Counted from the stretch's first letter, positions 1 through 9,794 are shown. The stretch: 53,143 bases of DNA from a virus (IMGVR_UViG_3300039412_000400:1-53143), one strand, 5' to 3'. Numbers and translations are program-made. The notes: generated by a model from the sequence alone, not told the origin.

Positions 1-477
1 CTTGAAGGTATTTTCTCTCCAGAAAACGAATTCAGTCTTAATTGGGCAGAGAATATGTATGAAATCTTGAAGCGTGAAGTTCCTGACTATCAGAATTTAT
101 CATATAAAGAGTTTATGAAGATAGCTGATTTAAGCATGGTTGATTGCGAAAATCCGCCAAAACCAAAGAAGACGCAGTCTACAGAAATATTGGAAGTTGT
201 TGCAGACGATAATACGTCAATTGACGCTTTTTTACATAATGCACAAAAAGAATATACGGAAGAATTAAAAACAAATTTTCCAGAACTTACTAATCTTGGT
301 AGGCTTCTTTTACGTGAAGTAGAAAAACAAGCAGATCATATTACTCCAGAATTAAAGCAAAAAATTGATAATGCGCTGAAAAATGCAGAACAAAAATTTG
401 GGATCAGTTTTACTGACAAAATAAAGGTAATAGGAGAACAAACAATTGTTGGACCAGATCGAGGAGACCAAAAATGA
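1..477 (+). CDS. Hypothetical protein, probably 5'-truncated by the window edge
   Basis: Frame is open from base 1 (LEGIFSPENEFSLNWAEN) into the ORF-track ATG at 55. The stop overlaps the next ATG (ATGA at 474-477). Confidence 0.7.
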   Translation, partial: LEGIFSPENEFSLNWAENMYEILKREVPDYQNLSYKEFMKIADLSMVDCENPPKPKKTQSTEILEVVADDNTSIDAFLHNAQKEYTEELKTNFPELTNLGRLLLREVEKQADHITPELKQKIDNALKNAEQKFGISFTDKIKVIGEQTIVGPDRGDQK

Positions 478-1334
478 AGTGTATTTCATGCTCAACAGAA
501 ATAGATCCAAAATGGACTCACGCTATTAATATGAATGTCTGTCCATTCTGTGGGCAATCTATTCTTGAGAATAAGCTTAAGGGCCTTCTATCTACATTAA
601 GCCAAGTTATGGCAGAAATGCAGGAATATCCCGAACAACTAAATGATTGGTTATTATCTAACTATAATTATATCAAAACAGATTCTCCAGATCTTCCACT
701 ATATCTTCCAAAAGAATTGATTAAAGAGCTAAACAAATCAATCAATGATCAAGAATGTCAGGATAAAAAGACAGAAGTTAGAAAGATTAAGATGCCTGAT
801 GGTACCGTAACAGAAACAGTTGTTGAAAAACTGATGACGGATAAGAAGACACAAGAAATTTTTGATAGAACTGAAATCATTAAAGGACTGGGAAAGACCT
901 CTGGCAAAGCTCCAAGAGACCCGAATGCGCCAGAACCGCCCAAAAGCCTTGCCGAAAGAACTGAATATTTTAAGGGAATTGTCCAAAAAATCAAACAAGA
1001 AAACGCCCAAGGATATGTCAGCGAAGCTCAAATGGCATCTATGATTGCTGCCGGCGAAACTATTGACGAATCAGTTCCAGAAGTCGCAACATTACAGGCG
1101 GCTATCTTAGGTGCTGATCCAGTCATATCTGCAATACCAGATGCAGATGGCGATAGCGATGCAGAAGAAATTCGAGGTATCAATGTAGTTGCCGCGCTAA
1201 CACAACAAGTTGGCGGCGCCAATAGACAAAAAGCACAACAACAGGATCTTGAATCATTGCAAAAATTGCACCGTAAAGTAGCGTATGGACAGCAAGACAT
1301 GCTATCTGGTAAAGGTGGATTTAGTAGATCATAA
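474..1334 (+). CDS. Hypothetical protein with N-terminal zinc ribbon
   Basis: CISC and CPFC pairs in the first 30 aa; translationally coupled to the upstream gene. Confidence 0.75.
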   Translation: MKCISCSTEIDPKWTHAINMNVCPFCGQSILENKLKGLLSTLSQVMAEMQEYPEQLNDWLLSNYNYIKTDSPDLPLYLPKELIKELNKSINDQECQDKKTEVRKIKMPDGTVTETVVEKLMTDKKTQEIFDRTEIIKGLGKTSGKAPRDPNAPEPPKSLAERTEYFKGIVQKIKQENAQGYVSEAQMASMIAAGETIDESVPEVATLQAAILGADPVISAIPDADGDSDAEEIRGINVVAALTQQVGGANRQKAQQQDLESLQKLHRKVAYGQQDMLSGKGGFSRS

Positions 1335-1346
1335 AGGCAAAAGTTA

Positions 1347-1694
1347 ATGGCAACATATATTGTAGATAATCAGAAGCTCGATATGTCTGACAATGAATGG
1401 GTCCTTTATCAAAAGATAGTTGCTTCATATACGAATCAATATCAGAGAGGGCAAGATCTATTTATTGATCTGTTTCAGTCAGATGATAATGGAATTATAG
1501 TATTCTTAAAGCCACCATCCAAGCGACATACAAGTCTTGAAATTTTCTTGTTTTTGGTAGCTTTACAACAGCAGCAGCATTTGCGGGTTATGTATGCGCT
1601 TGTGCAAGATGCTTGCGATCAAATGAGGGAAAAAATAGAGGAAACATTAAGCAAACCCAAACAAACAAAACAGACAAAAAAGAAGGATGTGTAA
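1347..1694 (+). CDS. Hypothetical protein
   Basis: 115-aa ORF in operon order, with AAGG upstream. Confidence 0.7.
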   Translation: MATYIVDNQKLDMSDNEWVLYQKIVASYTNQYQRGQDLFIDLFQSDDNGIIVFLKPPSKRHTSLEIFLFLVALQQQQHLRVMYALVQDACDQMREKIEETLSKPKQTKQTKKKDV

Positions 1695-1759
1695 TAATCT
1701 TTTGTCGAGAAAAAGTTAAACGTAATATATTATTAAGATGTAAGCAAGGAAGTAATAAA

Positions 1760-2269
1760 ATGACAGAGCAAGCAATTAAGTTAAGCGATTTTTTAGGAAC
1801 TGAAGACGAAGAAGACTTTATGGAGTTTGATCTTACTGAGGTTGAGGAGGTTTTAAGTAATTTAGAGAGTATTGATGCGATAGATCTTGCTCACGCGGAG
1901 CTGCTACAACAGCAAGCATTACGAGGAGCAGACGTCATTACAGGATATTTAGGACGATTGGTTAAGACAATTGGATTTTTAGAGACCAAAGTAAATAGTG
2001 TTAAGAATAAGGTATCTCTTGAATATAAGGCTCCAGAGGGAACAAGAACCACAACAGATATGAAAATCTGGGCAGCAAACTGTTCAACAGACGTAGAAGA
2101 CATACAAAACAGACTAGCAAAAGCAAAAGCATCGAAAATGGTTTTAGATAAGAAGTATGATATACTTATTAAGAGCCACCACCATTACAAAGATATCGCG
2201 CAAGGCTTGCGAAAGACGATATTAGGTTACGGACAAACAAAAGAAGATGCGGTGCCCGGTTACGAATGA
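1760..2269 (+). CDS. Helical/coiled-coil protein, possibly a UvsY-like recombination mediator
   Basis: Start moved to ATG 1760 (AAGGAAG SD). About 170 aa, largely helical, directly upstream of RecA/UvsX. The function is positional inference only. Confidence 0.45.
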   Translation: MTEQAIKLSDFLGTEDEEDFMEFDLTEVEEVLSNLESIDAIDLAHAELLQQQALRGADVITGYLGRLVKTIGFLETKVNSVKNKVSLEYKAPEGTRTTTDMKIWAANCSTDVEDIQNRLAKAKASKMVLDKKYDILIKSHHHYKDIAQGLRKTILGYGQTKEDAVPGYE

Positions 2270-2340
2270 AAAAAAATTGGACGTAAAAAGAAAAAATTAA
2301 CCGCCCGTTATAGAGGATCGAAGAGAAAAATGGAGCAAAA

Positions 2341-3519
2341 ATGTCAGAAGATAAGAAAAAGAGACCAGATAAATTAACCGCATTTTTTCAGAGCTATGCA
2401 GAGTCAGAAGACCAATTAGATTTTAGATTTGCTAATGAATCAGTAGGGGAGAAGACTCCGGTTATTTCGACTGGTTCAGACGCATTAAATGATGCATTAT
2501 CATCTGGCGGATTGCCTAAAGGCCGCCTAATTCAGTATTACGGCCCATCAGGTTGTGGCAAGACTCTCATGGCAATGATTGCTATGTCAGAAGCACAAAA
2601 GCAAGATCCTTTTGCACAACAAATGTTCATTGATGCAGAGCAAACTTTCGACCCAAACTGGGCAGAGACACTTGGCGTAGATACTTCAAGAGTTATCCAT
2701 GTTGAGGGAGATCTTGCAGCTAATGGTCGTAAGTGTTTTGAGATGCTTTTAGGTGTTCCAAAAGAAGACGCAAAGACACACGTTCTCAAAGGTAAGACAA
2801 AGGACGGCTTGCTTGATAATATTATCAATGGAGAGTTAAATATTAACCTAATCGTTCTTGATTCTCTTGGCTCACTCATTCCGCCTGGCGAGGACACGGC
2901 AGCCGTCGGAAAAATGAACATGGCGCTGCTCGCCAGGTTCTTGACAACCACGTTCAAGAAGCTTACATTGGAGCTGAGCAAGGCCCGCATCCCGTTCATC
3001 GTCATCAACCACAAAAAAGATAACATGGACCCATATGGTGCAGACCATACATTCTCTGGTGGAAATACATACTCACATACTTTGAGTGCCAATGTTTATT
3101 TCGAGGCAATTCAACGAAAAGACTCGATGATAGTAGATGAAAAAGAGAATAAAATTGGACATCCACTTCGTGCAACAATTGAGAAGAGCAAGTTTGGGCC
3201 TTGGCCTCGTAAGTGTGAGTTTAAGGTAAATTTTGGAATCGGAGTTATTGACAAACATGAAGAAATTGCCCAATTGGCACTTGATTATGGTGTTGTTCTA
3301 AAACCAACCACAATGTCATATGTATATGGCGATAAGACTTGGGTAGGACTCGGTAAGTTCTGTGACGCAATTGCAACAGATGCCAAATTAGCAGAAGAAC
3401 TACTTGTTAAGATAGATTTAGCACGTGAAGCTAAACTCGAACAAAAGAGACAAGAACAGATAGCTAAAAGAGCAGCTCTTGAGCTTGCAAATGAAGAAAG
3501 ACGCAAGAAAGGTAAGTAA
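2341..3519 (+). CDS. recA: RecA/UvsX-like recombinase
   Basis: ISTGS..L..AL..GGLPKGR, Walker A GPSGCGKT, FIDAEQ, Walker B LIVLDS, FSGG, and KSKFGP. Confidence 0.95.
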   Translation: MSEDKKKRPDKLTAFFQSYAESEDQLDFRFANESVGEKTPVISTGSDALNDALSSGGLPKGRLIQYYGPSGCGKTLMAMIAMSEAQKQDPFAQQMFIDAEQTFDPNWAETLGVDTSRVIHVEGDLAANGRKCFEMLLGVPKEDAKTHVLKGKTKDGLLDNIINGELNINLIVLDSLGSLIPPGEDTAAVGKMNMALLARFLTTTFKKLTLELSKARIPFIVINHKKDNMDPYGADHTFSGGNTYSHTLSANVYFEAIQRKDSMIVDEKENKIGHPLRATIEKSKFGPWPRKCEFKVNFGIGVIDKHEEIAQLALDYGVVLKPTTMSYVYGDKTWVGLGKFCDAIATDAKLAEELLVKIDLAREAKLEQKRQEQIAKRAALELANEERRKKGK

Positions 3520-3522
3520 ATC

Positions 3523-3876
3523 ATGTCATCCGATAAAGATATCAATATTTTTGCTGGCAATTTGATCCCAAGCGGGGCGCCAACATTAAAAAAGCCGCCC
3601 TACCTAATTGTTATGGAACGCACGGAAAAGAAAACCCAAGTTATTGAGAGGTTCATATCGTTAGATAAGCCATCTTCACAATTGAATGGATTTATTGAGG
3701 TTAAAGGAATCTATACAGACAAAACAGAAGAAGAAGTTATAAAAAGTTTTAATGAGATTTTGGCAAATACACCAAAAGAAGCAATTTTAGAAATGATGTT
3801 TCCAATACATAGAATAATCAGTATTAGAAGTTTGATTTTCAATGCAGTTAAAGGCGCCCAGCCAATTCTCAGATAA
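3523..3876 (+). CDS. Hypothetical protein
   Basis: 117-aa ORF starting 3 nt after recA. Confidence 0.7.
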   Translation: MSSDKDINIFAGNLIPSGAPTLKKPPYLIVMERTEKKTQVIERFISLDKPSSQLNGFIEVKGIYTDKTEEEVIKSFNEILANTPKEAILEMMFPIHRIISIRSLIFNAVKGAQPILR

Positions 3877-3905
3877 ATAATAAAGTAAGAAAGGTAAGTA
3901 ATGAA

Positions 3906-4190
3906 ATGACAAAGAACAAAAAGAATACAACACATGATATCGTTATAGAAGGAGTCTTAAAGGTAATCAATAATAATAACAAGAAATGGACCGGCACGAT
4001 GACTGAGCTTAACTCAAACTTAAACAAAGTCCTCGGGCGAAAGCAATCCAAGGTTCTGCCTGGTTCCCCAAGCGCGCTACGGATTGTATTAAATAGAGTA
4101 GCAAATAGGCTGCGTTGCCGTGGCATCAGCATCAGGTTCGCCAGAACTAATGACCATACGCGCACTCGTTACGTAAAATTAGCAGAATAA
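3906..4190 (+). CDS. Small basic protein, possible winged-helix DNA-binding protein
   Basis: WTGTMTEL...LPGSPSAL...L..LR..GI pattern; Arg/Lys-rich. Confidence 0.55.
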   Translation: MTKNKKNTTHDIVIEGVLKVINNNNKKWTGTMTELNSNLNKVLGRKQSKVLPGSPSALRIVLNRVANRLRCRGISIRFARTNDHTRTRYVKLAE

Positions 4191-4282
4191 GAAGAAAGAT
4201 AACAAACAACAAATATAAGTATGTTAAATAGAGTAAGTCGTTCGATTATGAACAAAACGATAAATAACAATGGAGAAATAAA

Positions 4283-5011
4283 ATGACAATGACATTCGGT
4301 GAAATTAATTGGGAAGACGATAGTTTTAGTGATAAAAAGGCAAATAACAATAAGGATCTATGGCTTCGCCTCGGTGAAGGTCCAAATGAATTAAGAATTA
4401 TTACTCAGCCTTACCAGTATTTGGTTCATAAGGTCAAGAAAGATCCAAGCAATCCAAAGGATTTTGGACAGAAAGTTTCCTGCTCACAAATTAGTGGATC
4501 ATGTCCGCTATGTGATGAAAATGATAAAGCAAAGCCCCGTTGGCTGCTTGGCGTAATCAGCCGCAAGGATAACACATTTAAGATCCTTGATATCTCTTAT
4601 GCAATCTTCTCGCAGATTCGTAAGCTTGCAAAAAACCCAAAAAAGGGCGATCCAACTAAGTATGACATCAACATTGAAGTTGATAAGAACGGTGGCGCAA
4701 CTGGATACTATTCAGTTCAGTCTTATGATAAGGAGCCACTTTCTGCCGCTGACCAACTAATCAAGGACAGCGTTGATTTGACCGATCTACAGCGTAGAGT
4801 TACTCCTCCAAACGCAGAAACAGTCCAAAAGAGAATCGAAAAGATTCGTGGTGAAACCCCAGCAGCAGATGCAACCGTTGCGGCAGCAACTACAAAGGCC
4901 CCAGCAAAGGCAACGAAAACTGTCAAAGCCACAAAGCCAGTTAGCATGACCGCAGACGATGAGGAAGTTGAAAAGTCTTTCCCAGATTATGATGGCACCC
5001 CTGCCCAATAA
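4283..5011 (+). CDS. Single-stranded DNA-binding protein (T4 gp32-like)
   Basis: WLRL.EG.NELRI, an H...C...CPLC zinc site, GDPTKYDINI, an Ala/Lys linker and an acidic tail; GGAG SD; context next to recA. Confidence 0.75.
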   Translation: MTMTFGEINWEDDSFSDKKANNNKDLWLRLGEGPNELRIITQPYQYLVHKVKKDPSNPKDFGQKVSCSQISGSCPLCDENDKAKPRWLLGVISRKDNTFKILDISYAIFSQIRKLAKNPKKGDPTKYDINIEVDKNGGATGYYSVQSYDKEPLSAADQLIKDSVDLTDLQRRVTPPNAETVQKRIEKIRGETPAADATVAAATTKAPAKATKTVKATKPVSMTADDEEVEKSFPDYDGTPAQ

Positions 5012-5046
5012 TTGATCCAAAAATAGCTAATAGCTAAAAGCTAAAT

Positions 5047-5079
5047 GAGAGGCCGGAGGTTAATTACTTCCGGCCTCTT
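5047..5079 (+). terminator. Strong hairpin after the SSB gene (terminator or processing stem)
   Basis: GAGAGGCCGGAGGT-taatt-ACTTCCGGCCTCTT forms a 14-bp stem with two GU pairs; the U-tract is weak. Confidence 0.65.
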
Positions 5080-5094
5080 GTTATATTCTGTGAT

Positions 5095-5676
5095 ATGACA
5101 AAGAAATTAATAATGGGGTTTGACATATCTACTACCACAACAGCCTATTCTGTATTAGAGCTTGATGATATAACAGGTGATATAAAACTTGTTAAATGCG
5201 AATATATTAAGCCAATTAAAAAAGGCAATATTATTGAACGAATTGCAGATACCAGAGATAAGATTAAGGCAGCAATTGATGCAGTTAAACCAGATTATAT
5301 TGGCATTGAAGACATATTGACATTTATTCCGAGAAAAAGTACGGCTCAGACAGTTATCATTTTAGGTATTTATAATAGAATGATTGGTCTTCTCGCATAT
5401 GATTATTTGGGTAAGCCACCAGTCTTATTCAGTGTTATGAAGATAAGACACGGATTGAAAATTAAAAAAGATTTGCCATCTAAAGAAGATATGCCGGCCC
5501 TTGTCGCGCAGCATCTAATGATTACGTTCCCCTACGAGTATCAGACCCGAGGCAAGTCCAAGGGCAAGATAAAAGTTGAAAATTATGACAAAGCCGACTC
5601 GATAGCCGTTGCTTTGTATTATGCATTTCAATTAAGTAATAGACTAAAAAAGAAAACAAAGAGCAAGAAGACATGA
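5095..5676 (+). CDS. ruvC: RuvC-like Holliday junction resolvase
   Basis: MGFDISTTTTAYSV (catalytic Asp), IGIED (Glu), and C-terminal DKADSIAVA. Confidence 0.85.
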   Translation: MTKKLIMGFDISTTTTAYSVLELDDITGDIKLVKCEYIKPIKKGNIIERIADTRDKIKAAIDAVKPDYIGIEDILTFIPRKSTAQTVIILGIYNRMIGLLAYDYLGKPPVLFSVMKIRHGLKIKKDLPSKEDMPALVAQHLMITFPYEYQTRGKSKGKIKVENYDKADSIAVALYYAFQLSNRLKKKTKSKKT

Positions 5677-6647
5677 GACTAGACGAAGCCTATAAGTTGC
5701 TTGAGCTATCCGAGGATGCAACGCCTGATGATGCAAAGAAACAATTTAGGAAAATGGCTGCAACACTGCATCCAGACGTTAATAAGGCGCCAGACGCAGA
5801 AGAGAAGTTCAAGCAAATTAACGAAGCATATGAGTGTGTTAAAAATGGACGTGGCAGCGATCGAGAAGGCCAAATAAGTTATGATGACGTTCCATTTGAT
5901 CCATTTTTTGGAGGAAATCCATTTGGCGGAAGTCCATTTGGAAATATGCAACAACACCAAAATGTTATTCAGACAGAGAATATAGAGGTTCATATTCCTA
6001 TTTCATTTAAGGAATCAGTTTTGGGGTGTAAGAAGGAAGTAAAATATAAAAGAAATGCCAAATGTAATGAGTGTAAAGGAACTGGCAATATAACCAAAAA
6101 TAATGGATGTCAAAAATGTGGTGGCAAGGGAAGATTTATTCAGCAGCAACGTGGCATGGTCATTATGCAGGTTTGTGATGCTTGTCACGGCCGAACCAAT
6201 AGTAATCCGTGTTCAGTTTGCAGCGGCAAATGCTACATGCAGGCGGATATATCATTAAGTGTTACGGTCCCACCAGGCATTATTGATGGCAATATATTAC
6301 GTATTCAGGGAAAGGGCAATTTTGCTGGTCCAACAATGTTTGGTGATGGATTTACTGATCTTTTCTGTCATATGCACGTAACTCAAGAAGAGGGCCTACA
6401 TATTGAAGGAAATAACGTAGTATCAACACTTAACATATCATTACTTGAAGCATTGCGCGGATCAACTCATAGCATTAAAACTATATTTGGTAATAGGCAA
6501 GTCACCGTTTCACCACAAACCAAACATCGAGATGAAATCCTTGTTCCGGGCTGTGGTGTTGGGGGCAGAAATCCTCAAAGAGTTATCATAAATATTGATT
6601 ATCCGAAAAATCTTGATAAGCTTATTAACGCGTTAAGTGAGGTATAA
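5673..6647 (+). CDS. dnaJ: DnaJ (Hsp40) co-chaperone
   Basis: J domain with HPD, a G/F-rich linker, four CxxCxG zinc motifs and a C-terminal substrate-binding domain. Confidence 0.95.
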   Translation: MRLDEAYKLLELSEDATPDDAKKQFRKMAATLHPDVNKAPDAEEKFKQINEAYECVKNGRGSDREGQISYDDVPFDPFFGGNPFGGSPFGNMQQHQNVIQTENIEVHIPISFKESVLGCKKEVKYKRNAKCNECKGTGNITKNNGCQKCGGKGRFIQQQRGMVIMQVCDACHGRTNSNPCSVCSGKCYMQADISLSVTVPPGIIDGNILRIQGKGNFAGPTMFGDGFTDLFCHMHVTQEEGLHIEGNNVVSTLNISLLEALRGSTHSIKTIFGNRQVTVSPQTKHRDEILVPGCGVGGRNPQRVIINIDYPKNLDKLINALSEV

Positions 6648-6648
6648 T

Positions 6649-7020
6649 ATGGCGCTTTCTCTAAATTGTCCCAATTCATATATAGATGCAGCTGGTAAAA
6701 CAAAAAAATGTGGAACCGTATATCCTTATATTGATCCTAAAACAGACAAAGTTTATTGCTCGGTTTGTAATAATGAACTTACAAATGTATCATATTTTCA
6801 GAAAACAACGCTAAAAACCTTGAAACAATATAAACAAAAATCAACGGCAACGTTTTCTGTTACCTGTAAAAGCTGTGGGCACGAAGCTCAACCTATTCTT
6901 GAGAATGGTAAGGTTATTTGTCCGCAATGTAAGAAAGAGCACTCCCATCTGACCGAGCAGTTTAAGTTTATGTTGAAGAAATGCTTAAAAGAGGCAAATC
7001 AAGACATTAATCTCGCGTAA
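6649..7020 (+). CDS. Double zinc-ribbon protein
   Basis: C..C, CSVC, CKSC and CPQC; ATG at 6649 lies 1 nt after the dnaJ stop. Confidence 0.7.
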   Translation: MALSLNCPNSYIDAAGKTKKCGTVYPYIDPKTDKVYCSVCNNELTNVSYFQKTTLKTLKQYKQKSTATFSVTCKSCGHEAQPILENGKVICPQCKKEHSHLTEQFKFMLKKCLKEANQDINLA

Positions 7021-7040
7021 GTAAGAGAGGCAAGAGTAAG

Positions 7041-7820
7041 ATGTATGCCAAGATAGTAGAAGCGTGTCGATTTTTATTACAGAATTATCCGGCCGCACAA
7101 GAGGCGAAAGATTATATTGATTCTAGGCTGAGTAAGGAAAGCCAGGAACGATTTCAATTTGGATATTTTCCAAATGTAAAGAATCTTCCTGCCATTATTG
7201 ATATTGTTGGAGAGGAAGAGCTGCGCAATACCGGCCTATTCTATACAAGAAACATAGAAGATTCGCTTTTTCCAAGGCATGTGCCAACCTGTTATTTTGA
7301 GGATTATCCAATAGTTATGCCATTTAGAAATGCTTATGGCGAGCCTGTGGCATTAGTTGGCAGAACTATTTTAAGTGAAGAAGAGAGAAAAACAAAGAAG
7401 ATTTCTTCTAAATATAAAAACACACAAAAAACAACAGAGTTTAAGAAAGGTAATTTGTTATTTGGTTTATATGAAAATAATCAATATATATTAGAAAAGG
7501 ACAGCGTTTTTGTTGTTGAAGGACAGTTTGATGTTATTAAGGCAGGAGAGACGGGTCTAAAAAATATAGTAGGTCTTGGCACAAATAATATGACAAACTA
7601 TCAATTTTCTGTTATTAGTAGATATTCTAATAACATATTTCTGCTATTAGATAATGATGAAGAGGGTAAAAAGGGCAGGCAAAGAATCACAAAAGAGTTT
7701 GAGCAATTTGCCAATATCCGTAATTTCTATTTGCCCGATGCTTATAAAGACATAGACGAGTATATTACTAAAGAAAATATTAGTAAATACGAGGATATGT
7801 CTTTTGTCGTGAAAGAATAA
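7041..7820 (+). CDS. dnaG: DnaG-like DNA primase catalytic core (TOPRIM) without N-terminal zinc domain
   Basis: IVMPF...LVGR, SKYKN, LFGL, VVEGQFDV, LLLDNDEEG and KDIDEY motifs. Confidence 0.9.
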   Translation: MYAKIVEACRFLLQNYPAAQEAKDYIDSRLSKESQERFQFGYFPNVKNLPAIIDIVGEEELRNTGLFYTRNIEDSLFPRHVPTCYFEDYPIVMPFRNAYGEPVALVGRTILSEEERKTKKISSKYKNTQKTTEFKKGNLLFGLYENNQYILEKDSVFVVEGQFDVIKAGETGLKNIVGLGTNNMTNYQFSVISRYSNNIFLLLDNDEEGKKGRQRITKEFEQFANIRNFYLPDAYKDIDEYITKENISKYEDMSFVVKE

Positions 7821-7935
7821 AAAACATTTAATGTTAAGAAGAAAGGAAGATTCGTAAGTTATATGTAAGTCGTTAGTTAGAAAGTTCACGATACAGATAT
7901 CATCTGTATGAAAACTCAAAACAAGGAGCTTGTAT

Positions 7936-8376
7936 ATGGGAAAAAGACCTAACAGGAGCGATCATTATCAACCATTTTTTCTTGAAACAGCTTACTCAAA
8001 CGACATGATGGAGTCTTTTTGTAACGAAGATAGTCTTTCTGTAAGACTAAATCCATTTCAATATAATGAAGATCTAATCGATCTGGAAGATCAATTAAAA
8101 GAAGAGTTTTGGAGAATAGTAAATACTCTGCTAACAGATAGACAACGAGATGTTCTTAGGCTATATGCTGACGGTTATACTCAGATGGAAATCGCAAAGA
8201 AGCTAAATGTAAATCAAAGTAGCATCACCAAATCAATTCACGGTAACGTAGATTATAAAAATGGGAAAAGGGTTTACGGCGGAAGTGAGAAAAAATTAAA
8301 AAAGATTTTACAGACCGACACTAAGATAGCGGAAATATTAGATAAAATGACACAGCTCAGAACAGAAAAATGGTAA
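7936..8376 (+). CDS. Sigma-70 region-4-like HTH transcription factor
   Basis: LLTDRQRDVLRLYADGYTQMEIAKKLNVNQSSI; AAGGAG SD 7 nt before ATG 7936. Confidence 0.8.
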   Translation: MGKRPNRSDHYQPFFLETAYSNDMMESFCNEDSLSVRLNPFQYNEDLIDLEDQLKEEFWRIVNTLLTDRQRDVLRLYADGYTQMEIAKKLNVNQSSITKSIHGNVDYKNGKRVYGGSEKKLKKILQTDTKIAEILDKMTQLRTEKW

Positions 8377-8440
8377 ACGGTCTGTAAATTATTTTGTAGT
8401 CGCTTGATAAAAAGACGAAACATACGTTATATATGTAAGT

Positions 8441-9490
8441 ATGAAGACATGTAAATCTTGTGGAATAACAAAAGAATTAGACAATTTTTCCAAAAATAAA
8501 CGAGAGCCAGACGGGCTGCAATCGCGCTGTAAAGAATGCTGCAAGCAATACCGAGAACAAAATAAAGAGAAAAATAAAAATCGCGATGTTACTCAAATAA
8601 CGTCCCTAGAATGCACTAAATGTGGATTAACTAAGGACGTTATTTATTTTTCTACAAAAGAAAATGGTCCTCGCGGATTTGATTATTGGTGTAAAGAATG
8701 TCGCAAGAGTTATCTTTCTCAATACAGAGATGATAATGCAGAAAAAACAAAAGAATATGATCGTAAAAGGATCGCAGAAAGGATTCAGTGGCTTCAAGAA
8801 TTAAAATCTGATACTCCGTGTATGGATTGTGGCCAAATATATGAGCCATATTGTATGGATTATGATCATGTGCCTGGCCGTGGTCAGAAAATTAAAAGTG
8901 TTACTAGAATGGTGTTGGATAATACTCCAAAAGACAAGATTTTAGAAGAAATTAAGAAATGTGATTTAGTATGTTTATTGTGTCATAATAAAAGAACATT
9001 TGATCGTTTCAATGAAACGTTGGGAACAACTAGAAAATATAAACCACATCAATTACGAAATATCAATATGATAAATACATTTAAGACACAACCTTGTGCT
9101 ATGTGTGGCAAACAATATGAATCATATAATATGCAAATTGACCACATTGATCCGACCACTAAATTATATGACGTGTGCAATCTAAAAAACTTTAAGGTTT
9201 CTACATTATTGGCTGAACTTGCTAAATGCCAAGTTTTATGTGCATTATGTCATCGTAAAAAATCTATTACAGAACAAAAAGAAGATAAATATTCCGAGCC
9301 ACGAGATAAGCCACCAAAACGAGTAGAATTATTTTATGATCCGATAACTAATACAAAAGAGTGCGGCCTATGTCATCAAATTAAAAATGCAGAACAATTT
9401 AGAAAAAGAAAAGACACAACATCAGGTTTAGATACCTATTGTAAAGAATGTTTTAACAAATATAGACGAGAAAGAAGACAATATGAATGA
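8441..9490 (+). CDS. HNH homing endonuclease with tandem HNH domains and zinc-finger repeats
   Basis: Two CxxC...DH...C..[VL]CxxCH units and three CxxC...F...CKEC repeats. Confidence 0.85.
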   Translation: MKTCKSCGITKELDNFSKNKREPDGLQSRCKECCKQYREQNKEKNKNRDVTQITSLECTKCGLTKDVIYFSTKENGPRGFDYWCKECRKSYLSQYRDDNAEKTKEYDRKRIAERIQWLQELKSDTPCMDCGQIYEPYCMDYDHVPGRGQKIKSVTRMVLDNTPKDKILEEIKKCDLVCLLCHNKRTFDRFNETLGTTRKYKPHQLRNINMINTFKTQPCAMCGKQYESYNMQIDHIDPTTKLYDVCNLKNFKVSTLLAELAKCQVLCALCHRKKSITEQKEDKYSEPRDKPPKRVELFYDPITNTKECGLCHQIKNAEQFRKRKDTTSGLDTYCKECFNKYRRERRQYE

Positions 9491-9731
9491 AGATCATAAT
9501 CATACGCGTCCAGTAAGTTATGAAGACGATTGTGAAATATGCCAACAAAAAGCTTTTATTATAAGAGAGTTTTTTAGAATATTAGAAATACCGGTGATAA
9601 ACTCAAAAAGTATAAGCGGTGCACCATCATCAGATATAAGATTAAATGGCCATATGCTATATAATATATTAATGGATGAAGAGAAACTTAAAATACTTGT
9701 CTCAAAACTAAGACTAAAAGCATTCTGGTAA
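9483..9731 (+). CDS. Small hypothetical protein ending KLRLKAFW
   Basis: 82-aa ORF overlapping the HNH stop and followed by a terminator. Confidence 0.6.
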   Translation: MNEDHNHTRPVSYEDDCEICQQKAFIIREFFRILEIPVINSKSISGAPSSDIRLNGHMLYNILMDEEKLKILVSKLRLKAFW

Positions 9732-9760
9732 TAATATAAAAGTTTGAACTAAACAGAATT

Positions 9761-9794
9761 GGCCCTCGTGGTAAAAAATCACGAGGGCTTTTTT
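9761..9794 (+). terminator. Rho-independent terminator ending the replication module
   Basis: GGCCCTCGTGG-taaaaaa-TCACGAGGGCT followed by a T run. Confidence 0.9.

Noticed and set aside
1613-1759. N-terminal extension of the 1613-2269 ORF
   Set aside because: It overlaps the previous gene and an AT-rich intergenic stretch; ATG 1760 has the SD.
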